Shown here piece by piece: positions 1 to 6,926 of a stretch of DNA of 20,000 nt (its first letter is position 1; every line of letters begins with the position of its first letter). The DNA is from an uncultured virus (IMG/VR IMGVR_UViG_3300021957_005284) (lineage: Duplodnaviria > Heunggongvirae > Uroviricota > Caudoviricetes): the IMG/VR virus record IMGVR_UViG_3300021957_005284, one strand, 5' to 3'. The notes beneath the pieces are model-generated. The model worked only from the letters and a program-made list of their open reading frames with translations, searched no databases and was not told the DNA's origin. The position numbers and the translations under genes are program-made.

Positions 1-620
1 CTACCCATGAATGGGTCATAAACTACATCACCTTCTTTACTACAAGATAAAACTACATTTTCTACCATCTTTTCTGCAAATGGAGCTGGGTGGTTTGATT
101 CTTGACTTCTTGGTATTGACCAAATGTTCTTTTTAAAAAGTGCATTACTTCTATCAAAGTAAGGTATAGAATCTTTTTCTTTCTTAATCCAAAATATCCA
201 CTCTGTAAATGGCATGAAATAAGACTTGTCAATCTTTGGAGTTCCACACTTATCCCAAATGATTACTTGTTTAAGTGGAAACTCATATACCCAAGTTGGA
301 TGTATGGTTATATGATTATTCATTATATCTATGTGATTGTAGAATAAAGAACCGGTTGGTTTTAAAACTCTTAAACACTCACTAATCACTTTTTTCTGCC
401 AATCAACATATTCTTCATGTGATAAATCATCATTGAAACTTTCGTATTCAATAGTTCTAATCCAACCATTGGTTTTTGATTTGTTTCTCAACCAATGACC
501 TTTATTATAAGGAGGTGATGTTACAATTAAATCAATAGAATTATCTTCCATCTTTGATAGTGTAACCAAACAATCTTCGTTATATATTTTATTTTTTTCC
601 AAAAATTTTATTTTTTCCAA
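1..620 (-). CDS. Site-specific DNA methyltransferase, beta class (N4-C/N6-A); 3' end runs off the window
   Basis: Manual translation (not in ORF track): LEKIKFLEKNKIYNEDCLVTLSKMEDNSIDLIVTSPPYNKG...NHPAPFAEKMVENVVLSCSKEGDVVYDPFMGS. Catalytic SPPY precedes HPAPF and the SAM-binding DPFMGS. Start is TTG at 620 or 602. Confidence 0.93.
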   Translation of the reverse strand, partial: MEKIKFLEKNKIYNEDCLVTLSKMEDNSIDLIVTSPPYNKGHWLRNKSKTNGWIRTIEYESFNDDLSHEEYVDWQKKVISECLRVLKPTGSLFYNHIDIMNNHITIHPTWVYEFPLKQVIIWDKCGTPKIDKSYFMPFTEWIFWIKKEKDSIPYFDRSNALFKKNIWSIPRSQESNHPAPFAEKMVENVVLSCSKEGDVVYDPFMG

Positions 621-802
621 TTGTAATTTTTCATTCTACTTTGTGAACCTTTCTTTGTTTTAGGATTCTTCTTTCTTTGTATAGAATGTCTTTCATAGTA
701 GTTCTCATAATCGATATCTTCAAGTTTTTTAACTTCTGATGTAAATGAAGTTATGAATAAGATAAATACAATACTACCCAATAGAAATATTAATACAGTC
801 AT
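608..802 (-). CDS. Small membrane-anchored hypothetical protein
   Basis: Hydrophobic N-terminal helix (VLIFLLGSIVFILFITSF) and basic tail; overlaps the MTase start. Confidence 0.65.
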   Translation of the reverse strand: MTVLIFLLGSIVFILFITSFTSEVKKLEDIDYENYYERHSIQRKKNPKTKKGSQSRMKNYNWKK

Positions 803-805
803 AAT

Positions 806-922
806 TTAATTTTTTTTAAGTTTTTCATCATAATATAGTTGTTCTATCTGATACCATATTTCTTTAGGTAATCTGATAAGGATAACTTTTATCCATAAAA
901 TCAAGTTTCTCATAAAATTCAT
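806..922 (-). CDS. Small hypothetical protein (38 aa)
   Basis: Manual translation MNFMRNLILWIKVILIRLPKEIWYQIEQLYYDEKLKKN*; stop lies 3 nt before the next ATG. Confidence 0.5.
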   Translation of the reverse strand: MNFMRNLILWIKVILIRLPKEIWYQIEQLYYDEKLKKN

Positions 923-999
923 AACCTCGATTAAAACACATTATCGGTAACAATAATAATATAGACCCATATAGTGTATATAGTAATACCTATATAAAA

Positions 1000-1191
1000 C
1001 TACTCCATACTACTAACGATAGACTGAATCCACTTCCCCTTATTCAGTAATTTTCTTTTCTTAACACTCTTCTTAGTATAATTCGTTCTACCCCTAACTT
1101 CCTCAATAAGTTTTGTCCTTTTAACTTTAGATTTATATCTCTTTAACATCTTATCCATATCTTCGCCCTTTTTTCTTTTTATTATTAACAT
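1000..1191 (-). CDS. rpsU: 30S ribosomal protein bS21, Bacteroidota-like, probably phage-encoded
   Basis: 63 aa basic protein MLII..KGE..D..LKRYK.K...T.....R.R..YTK.SV.KR.....K..WIQ, co-linear with the Flavobacterium-type bS21 pattern as I recall it. Confidence 0.9.
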   Translation of the reverse strand: MLIIKRKKGEDMDKMLKRYKSKVKRTKLIEEVRGRTNYTKKSVKKRKLLNKGKWIQSIVSSME

Positions 1192-1384
1192 ATAATTTTT
1201 ATTTTAAATTTTAAACCTCGTACTCCCTACCTTAAGTGTGCAGGTCTACAATGTGATAGAGCAACCTAACCATAGGGTTAGTATAGGGTGTTTTTTCCAT
1301 AGGGTAAAAAGTCAACCTCGATAAAAAAACCACTCCGAGCTCAACTACATGACCTGCGACCTGCTCAGTTACAAGAAACCTCCA

Positions 1385-1627
1385 CTACTCTTCCACTACC
1401 ACAACATCAATTAGTTGTGCTTTTACATATTTCTCCTTACTTCTTATCAACCTCATATCTTCGAACAACTCTATTTGTTTAAAGGCCGCTTCTAAGTTGA
1501 TGTATCTTTTACCTAAGAAATCTTCTCTTAGTTTAGGTGTCTTGGTTATCGTCACCATATCTGGTATAGTGTTAGTAGGTGTTTTTTCTATTATACAATT
1601 TCTGTGTTTAAATATTGTTCCTTCCAT
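1385..1627 (-). CDS. Hypothetical protein (80 aa)
   Basis: ORF track; on the coding strand, plausible composition. Confidence 0.7.
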   Translation of the reverse strand: MEGTIFKHRNCIIEKTPTNTIPDMVTITKTPKLREDFLGKRYINLEAAFKQIELFEDMRLIRSKEKYVKAQLIDVVVVEE

Positions 1628-1704
1628 ATAGTGTTTGTTATTAGTATTAGTGTTTATAGTGTATGGGTCTATATAGGTATTACTACATCTACCCGCAATC
1701 TTTT

Positions 1705-1893
1705 TTAGTTGGTAATTAAGTTTATCAGAACTTCTCCTCTTTCTTTTTCTTTATTACTTAGTATATCCTTATACTCTATAAGGTACTCATCAAGTGAAAT
1801 TCTATTCCGCATTTTATACTTCATATCAAGAAGTTCCATAAAGGTACGGGCTTCATTATGATAATGTTGTTCTAATCTTTCGTTTGTGTACAT
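1705..1893 (-). CDS. Hypothetical protein (62 aa)
   Basis: ORF track; closely follows the upstream gene. Confidence 0.65.
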   Translation of the reverse strand: MYTNERLEQHYHNEARTFMELLDMKYKMRNRISLDEYLIEYKDILSNKEKERGEVLINLITN

Positions 1894-1898
1894 ATTAC

Positions 1899-2041
1899 GA
1901 TTCTATAAAGGGTTTACATATTTCTATTCATTATCCAATTGGTTAATTCTTTTGATTCTTTTGTTTCTAATATTCCATATTTGATAACATCATTTGCTAG
2001 TTGTTTTACATCTATTGATTCTATAAAGGGTTTACATATTT
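1899..2041. repeat. Exact 25-bp direct repeat GATTCTATAAAGGGTTTACATATTT (1899-1923 and 2017-2041)
   Basis: Two identical copies read directly, 118 bp apart. Confidence 0.95.
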
Positions 2042-2225
2042 GGTAATCTTCAGAAGATAAGGCCGCAATCCATTCTGAGGATACCTCATCATCTAATAAT
2101 TCTATTGGTGAATCCCAATCAGGAGTACTATCTTCATTTAATGGATATACAATCCCTAAATCTATATCAATACACGAACCTACTGATTTTAACTCTTTTA
2201 ACGCTGAACCTATTATTTTACTCAT
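1914..2225 (-). CDS. Hypothetical protein (likely start 2225 MSKIIG; alternative 2261)
   Basis: The ORF-track start at 2327 runs through the promoter repeat. ATG 2225 has an A-rich leader downstream of the promoter. Confidence 0.7.
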   Translation of the reverse strand: MSKIIGSALKELKSVGSCIDIDLGIVYPLNEDSTPDWDSPIELLDDEVSSEWIAALSSEDYQICKPFIESIDVKQLANDVIKYGILETKESKELTNWIMNRNM

Positions 2226-2260
2226 ATTTTTATTTATTTTAATGTTTAAACTCTTACTCA

Positions 2261-2310
2261 TTATTACACCACCAATATACGATTTTTTTTTGAGACTACA
2301 ATGGCTTTTT
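2261..2310 (-). promoter_or_regulatory. Promoter repeat copy 1 (Bacteroidota sigma70-like)
   Basis: Minus strand AAAAGCCATTGTAGTCTCA-A8-TCGTATATTGG: TTG, 19 bp, TATATTGG (consensus TTG-N19-21-TAnnTTTG). Confidence 0.75.
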
Positions 2311-2344
2311 TGAATTATTTTCGTCAAAAGTTATTAACAATTGG

Positions 2345-2655
2345 ATAAAAAAAACCCACTAAGAAGGGTGATACAACTTAGTGGGTGGTTCGGACGAACA
2401 CTTTAGGATAGGAGAGAGTGAGTAATCACCCTATTGATACCATCGGAAACCCCTAACCGATGGCTGATTTACGGTAGCTCGAGTATCTTTCATTTCCTAT
2501 AAAGACTTACACCGTTATTTTTAAAAGAGATTCAGTTTTTATAGTAGGTGTATCTCCCAACCACTACTGACGGCCCCCTATATCTACAAGGGAGAGGTCT
2601 TTTCGATTAACTAGAGAGGGAATCAAACCCTATTTTCTCAATCATCAATCATATT
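2345..2655 (-). ncRNA. Candidate ~310-nt structured non-coding RNA
   Basis: Bounded by promoter copy 2 and an intrinsic terminator; no credible ORF; GC higher than flanks; several stem-loops (e.g. CCATCGG 2440-2446 / CCGATGG 2457-2463). Confidence 0.6.
2347..2386 (-). terminator. Intrinsic terminator
   Basis: Perfect 10-bp stem ACCCACTAAG (2354-2363) / CTTAGTGGGT (2377-2386), 13-nt loop, followed by a U run on the minus strand (A8 at 2347-2354). Confidence 0.75.
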
Positions 2656-2700
2656 ACATGACTAATATACGAAAAAAAACTGAGACTACAATGGCTTTTC
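2651..2700 (-). promoter_or_regulatory. Promoter repeat copy 2
   Basis: Minus strand AAAAGCCATTGTAGTCTCAGTTTTTTTTCGTATATTAG; same architecture as copy 1, 390 bp away. Confidence 0.75.
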
Positions 2701-2715
2701 TTCATTTTTTTGCAT

Positions 2716-2904
2716 TTATTTTTCGGTAAGTAGAATATAGATAAGTGTTACTCCAAACAGGAGTCCGAAAAACCCCACGCTTTCCAAAGGATTATTCATT
2801 ATCATAAGAATACCTCGAAAGAAAAACTTAATAAATAGCGGTACTGATAATATAATTAATGCAGATACCACTCCAATTCCACCCATTTTGATTTTGTCTC
2901 TCAT
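2716..2904 (-). CDS. Small two-TM membrane protein
   Basis: Two hydrophobic segments in 62 aa. Confidence 0.7.
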   Translation of the reverse strand: MRDKIKMGGIGVVSALIILSVPLFIKFFFRGILMIMNNPLESVGFFGLLFGVTLIYILLTEK

Positions 2905-2909
2905 ACTTT

Positions 2910-3074
2910 TTATAATTTAATTCCGTTAAATCTCTCAATCTTATTCAGTACAGTATATAAAACTCTCGGGTTCATCATACTAGAGATACTCTCCATATCC
3001 CCTATAAAGTTAGGATTCAATAATATCCTCTCTAACTCCCCTCTACTGATTACTTTTTTTATCTTTTTTGCCAT
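2910..3074 (-). CDS. Hypothetical protein (likely start 3074 MAKKIKK)
   Basis: The ORF-track start at 3152 reads through promoter copy 3; ATG 3074 lies just downstream of it. Confidence 0.6.
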   Translation of the reverse strand: MAKKIKKVISRGELERILLNPNFIGDMESISSMMNPRVLYTVLNKIERFNGIKL

Positions 3075-3082
3075 CTCACTTA

Positions 3083-3132
3083 TTATTACACTACTAATAT
3101 ACGAAAAATATTTGAGACTACAATGGTCTTTT
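3083..3132 (-). promoter_or_regulatory. Promoter repeat copy 3
   Basis: Minus strand AAAAGACCATTGTAGTCTCAAATATTTTTCGTATATTAG. Confidence 0.75.
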
Positions 3133-3233
3133 TCACTTTTTTTTCTCTCCACTCGTTTACTCCTGTGTGTACACTCCCACCCACAACCACCCTAAAGTTA
3201 CGATTTTTTTTCCACATCACCAAATAAAAAGAG

Positions 3234-3383
3234 TGACAATATGTCATAAGGAAGTGGAATTACGAATAATGCAAGAAAATCCCCATTTTGTTAGAAAAAA
3301 AAGGTATCGGGTGACAATGTGTCATAGTACAAAAAGAGGTGGATTGCGAATATGATAATTAGGGGGGGTATGACAATGTGTCA
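3234..3383. repeat. Three TGACA-N3-TGTCA palindromes (3234-3246, 3312-3324, 3371-3383)
   Basis: TGACAATATGTCA once and TGACAATGTGTCA twice; extra half-site TGTCAT at 3462. Confidence 0.85.
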
Positions 3384-3986
3384 CATTTCTCTTGGAAAAA
3401 AAATAGAGACGTATAAAGAGAGACTAGAGCTGCCCCTCTATATTGATATAATAGTATAAAGTGTCATAAAGTGGGAAGTATCACATAAGGAATTATGATA
3501 TAGGGTGTGTTTTTCAACCTTTTAAGAGGTTAGATGAAGTGAGACACCCTCGTATAAGGATTTTAAGGTGTTATAGAGGTTTATTCTCAATAGGTGTAAT
3601 ATTGGGGTACGGATACATTCTCAGACGTGGTTAAAATGGATGCTTTTGAGTAGGGTTTTTTGGGGTTAAATTAGGAGTGTTTGAACATAGGGGAAAGGGG
3701 ATGTAATGAGGAATGGAATCACTCATCCCTTTAGTTCATTTCTCTGCTCTCTTATATAGGGGGAGTGGGGAGTACGAGGGGATTTCTCTTGGGGAAAAGA
3801 CGGGGAAGGGGAGTAAAGAAGCAGTCTAAATTAAGAATTGGAAGTGTGGGCTAATAGGGTTAGTACTGTAAGGGGGTTAGTGTATATAGGTATTATACTG
3901 AGTAGTATTGTATATAAGGTTAATCTCTTCCTCTCTCTACTATCTTATCTATATCATATGGATAATCAACATTACCACACTTTCCA

Positions 3987-4024
3987 CAAATATAGTAATG
4001 TTCACCTTGATATAATGGCTTTTT
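3987..4024 (-). promoter_or_regulatory. Possible promoter related to the repeat family
   Basis: Minus strand AAAAGCCATTA...TATATTTG (perfect -7 element at 3987-3994; imperfect -33); no ORF downstream. Confidence 0.45.
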
Positions 4025-4256
4025 CATTTCTATATTACACTTATTACAAATCATATTAATAAATACTATCAATAAAAATTAAGGGTGAAAAATTTTTTCT
4101 ACGACTCATTCGACCCCCCACGACAAACGAACAAACGAACAATAAGGGCAATAGGGGTACTCATTAAGTATTAAGTAGTAAAGTTATATAAAGTAGTTTA
4201 AATGGGGTTTAAATAAGTACCTTGTGGTTCAAATCGTTCAAAGGGGGTCTCATTCG

Positions 4257-5006
4257 TTATATCAACTTTAATTGGTTAAGTTTTTTTATCATTTGATTTT
4301 TGAAAAATACTTTGGATGCATATAAACTTGGATGAGAATCAAAATGATTAGGAGCTTCTTTATGATGATATCCAAGGTATCTATTTTCTATTTCAATATT
4401 ATCTCGTATCCACTCACTCATTCCACCCCACTTTAAATCACTCCAAAAATAAGATGGTTCTCCTCCTCCATGTATAGATTTCTTCGCACTCGAACTCCAT
4501 ACATTTGGGGGTTCGAATTGATAACAATTTGAATCTATTCTATCCCACGTCTCTTTTGAACTATACCAAATTATGTTATATGAATTAAGTTTGTTTCTAT
4601 GGTACTCGTTTAATTCATTATCTTTCCAATGAGCCCATCCTATATGTTGAATAAGTGTAATATTTTTTTCTTTTGATATTTCTTGAACCTTTTCCAAAAT
4701 TTTATACCATTTATCCAAAAAATAGTAAAGAGGATTTTCTTCTGATTTTACTATAAAATTATGGTCCTCTTCTTGTGGACGGGTAAGTGAACTCCATTGT
4801 ATAATACAAGTATCATTTGGTTTTATATTTGTTTCAAATAAATTGAATATCTTATAATTACTCGCACTCGAATATCCAAAATTATGAAAGGTATATCCTT
4901 CAAAATCAAATTCATATAAACCATTTCTAAGTGGTCCACCCTCAAAGGTTGAGTTATATTGTTCTGAAAATGAACACCCAAATAATTTTACTAGAGGTTT
5001 TTTCAT
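4257..5006 (-). CDS. SGNH/GDSL-like hydrolase/acyltransferase (paralog 1)
   Basis: N-terminal FGCSFS, G..SASN, IIQWS, C-terminal DSHP. Confidence 0.75.
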   Translation of the reverse strand: MKKPLVKLFGCSFSEQYNSTFEGGPLRNGLYEFDFEGYTFHNFGYSSASNYKIFNLFETNIKPNDTCIIQWSSLTRPQEEDHNFIVKSEENPLYYFLDKWYKILEKVQEISKEKNITLIQHIGWAHWKDNELNEYHRNKLNSYNIIWYSSKETWDRIDSNCYQFEPPNVWSSSAKKSIHGGGEPSYFWSDLKWGGMSEWIRDNIEIENRYLGYHHKEAPNHFDSHPSLYASKVFFKNQMIKKLNQLKLI

Positions 5007-5146
5007 TGTTGGATTAAATTATCTAATTTAATTTGTAATTTACTCATTAATTCTTTATTTCCCCCACCAATCTTTTGAGATTCTTTTAGAATAGTGTTTG
5101 TTAGGTTTTTAATCACCTCTTGTTTTCTTTTTGTTTTTGATTTCAT
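5003..5146 (-). CDS. Small basic hypothetical protein (47 aa)
   Basis: Manual translation MKSKTKRKQEVIKNLTNTILKESQKIGGGNKELMSKLQIKLDNLIQQ*; ATGA overlaps at both ends. Confidence 0.7.
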   Translation of the reverse strand: MKSKTKRKQEVIKNLTNTILKESQKIGGGNKELMSKLQIKLDNLIQQ

Positions 5147-5823
5147 TTGATTTGTTTTAGTTTATTTATAATAGATTTTGATATGATTTCATGTCCTAAT
5201 TTATTTGGATGTGCGTCATTAATTTTTAAATCGTAAGGAAAAAATAATTTTTTTAAATTTTCATCATTTTCAGTAATAGTATGATATTCTTTATTTTTAT
5301 ATTGAATTGGTGTGAAGTTATTTGGAAAATATTTTTTAAGAATTATACTAAACTCAGGTACCCATGAAAATCCAATCCATTTTATGTTCATTTTTTTACA
5401 TTCATCATCTACTTTTTTAATTTGAGTATATATAAGATGTTCTAATGTTTTGTATTCATTTTCATTCAAATTTCTTGTTGGGGTGGAAAATTGTATTATT
5501 ATATTTTCTACATTGTTAATTGTAGTAAAATATTTTATGCGTTTTAAATTATCAAGTATCGATTTATTATCACCTCCATTTTCAAATGAGGGTGTTATCA
5601 TTAGTTTATTTAATTTATTTGATACTAAATAAGGGAATGAATATTTTCTTCTATATTCATCTGCTTGAAATCCCAACCATTCAAATCTATCTTGACTATC
5701 AAAAAACTTTTTACAATCTAATTGAGTCCATCCATGATTTTCTATCATATAGTAATAATGTAACCCCTGTCCCCAAGTAAATGAATCTCCTAAAAAAACT
5801 AATCCTCCATTATAATCAATCAT
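5143..5823 (-). CDS. SGNH/GDSL-like protein (paralog 2)
   Basis: LGDSFTWGQG, NGGDN, IIQFS, DAHPNKLGH. Confidence 0.8.
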   Translation of the reverse strand: MIDYNGGLVFLGDSFTWGQGLHYYYMIENHGWTQLDCKKFFDSQDRFEWLGFQADEYRRKYSFPYLVSNKLNKLMITPSFENGGDNKSILDNLKRIKYFTTINNVENIIIQFSTPTRNLNENEYKTLEHLIYTQIKKVDDECKKMNIKWIGFSWVPEFSIILKKYFPNNFTPIQYKNKEYHTITENDENLKKLFFPYDLKINDAHPNKLGHEIISKSIINKLKQIK

Positions 5824-6083
5824 AATTTTTGTTTTTTACTTGGTTCGTATATTTTATCTATTACTTTTTTTACAACAACACACTCCTCGTATCTTTCATT
5901 TTCTACTAACCAATCTAAAAGTGTATATAATTCTGAAAGTGGTATAAGATTTATGATAGTTTTTTTTCGTATTGTTCCTTTTTCAAAACAACCTAACATC
6001 CAACCAAGAGATTTTATTCTCATTTCATAGAGTATTTCATTATCTTTTTTAATATATTTGTAGTAATACTCTTCTGGTGTCAT
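5820..6083 (-). CDS. Hypothetical protein with UVR-like C-terminal motif
   Basis: LVENERYEECVVVK resembles the UvrB/UvrC (UVR) motif. Confidence 0.6.
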   Translation of the reverse strand: MTPEEYYYKYIKKDNEILYEMRIKSLGWMLGCFEKGTIRKKTIINLIPLSELYTLLDWLVENERYEECVVVKKVIDKIYEPSKKQKL

Positions 6084-6214
6084 TATCTGTTGAAAATATC
6101 GTTAAAATGGTTATTATTAGCAGCTTTTTTCCAAAACTTTTCTCTTTGTTCTTTAGTTAGATTTTTTTCTAACCTTTTTTCTAATATTGTTTTTGATTTG
6201 TTTTTACAACTCAT
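6083..6214 (-). CDS. Small basic hypothetical protein (43 aa)
   Basis: Manual translation MSCKNKSKTILEKRLEKNLTKEQREKFWKKAANNNHFNDIFNR*; fills the gap exactly with a TAATG overlap. Confidence 0.65.
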   Translation of the reverse strand: MSCKNKSKTILEKRLEKNLTKEQREKFWKKAANNNHFNDIFNR

Positions 6215-6926
6215 GTCTAATCTTTTTATATAAATATTCTGCCCATAACTTATGAGATTTTTTAGATGGGTGTTTTCTTTTTAAAAAAGTTCCACCATTT
6301 TTTTCTAAATATTGGTACATTGACTCGTTTTTAAAATTAGGAAGTTGTTTCCATAATGATTTTAATGAGATTTGTTTTGTTTTTCTACCAAACTTATCAA
6401 TTTGTTTTTTAGGTTCTCTAACTTCTTTAAAATCATAAAATACATTGTAAAAACAATACGGTATTCCATTGATTTGTAAAAAACTTCCTAATGAAATTAT
6501 TTGATTTAAGGTTTTAATATATGAAGGTATATCCTCTGTTTGATTTAAAACAAATTCATCTTCAGTTGTTTTATCCTTATCATTATCACCCCACTTATCA
6601 TATCCTTTCCACAATCTTTCTTGTTGGTATTCGCTACCTGTCCACCATTCAAATCTCGTTGGTGATGTCCAACCAATACAAACAAATATTTCATCACTTT
6701 TTATCCAACCACTTTCTTCACTCCAACATTTTTTTGTATCTAACCAATAAGAAACGTCTCTCATTGTCTGTCTAAATATGTAATCATTTGATACTCCCGC
6801 TGATGCATTATTACAATCAACCCACCCAAACATATCACTTAAAATTGAAGAGTATCTCTCAGAGGTTTTATTTTCAAGTTCTGCACCCCAAACTACTGAA
6901 TCACCATTTGAATAAAATATTTTCAT
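6204..6926 (-). CDS. SGNH/GDSL-like protein, DUF6071-like (paralog 3)
   Basis: YSNGDSVVWGAEL, NNASAGVSNDYIFR, IGWTSPTRFE, KHPSKKSHKLWA. Confidence 0.8.
   Translation of the reverse strand: MKIFYSNGDSVVWGAELENKTSERYSSILSDMFGWVDCNNASAGVSNDYIFRQTMRDVSYWLDTKKCWSEESGWIKSDEIFVCIGWTSPTRFEWWTGSEYQQERLWKGYDKWGDNDKDKTTEDEFVLNQTEDIPSYIKTLNQIISLGSFLQINGIPYCFYNVFYDFKEVREPKKQIDKFGRKTKQISLKSLWKQLPNFKNESMYQYLEKNGGTFLKRKHPSKKSHKLWAEYLYKKIRHEL

Noticed and set aside
62..247. 61-aa ORF in the track
   Set aside because: Out-of-frame shadow inside the methyltransferase gene.
2500..2635. tmRNA or tRNA (T-loop-like GGGTTTGATTCCC and GGGGCCG on the minus strand)
   Set aside because: No acceptor-stem 3' half or CCA follows the T-like arm, no cloverleaf, and no convincing tag reading frame.
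2261..3132. Possible CRISPR array or att sites
   Set aside because: Spacing is 390-432 bp with genes in between, and the repeats match promoter architecture.
2226..3152. Shared peptide HCSLK..SYI at the N-termini of track ORFs 1914-2327 and 2910-3152
   Set aside because: It is the translated promoter repeat; true starts are probably downstream.
3167..4059. Plus-strand ORFs 3167-3355 and 3838-4059
   Set aside because: Against the coding strand, non-ATG starts, overlap repeat motifs, and show no protein-like features.
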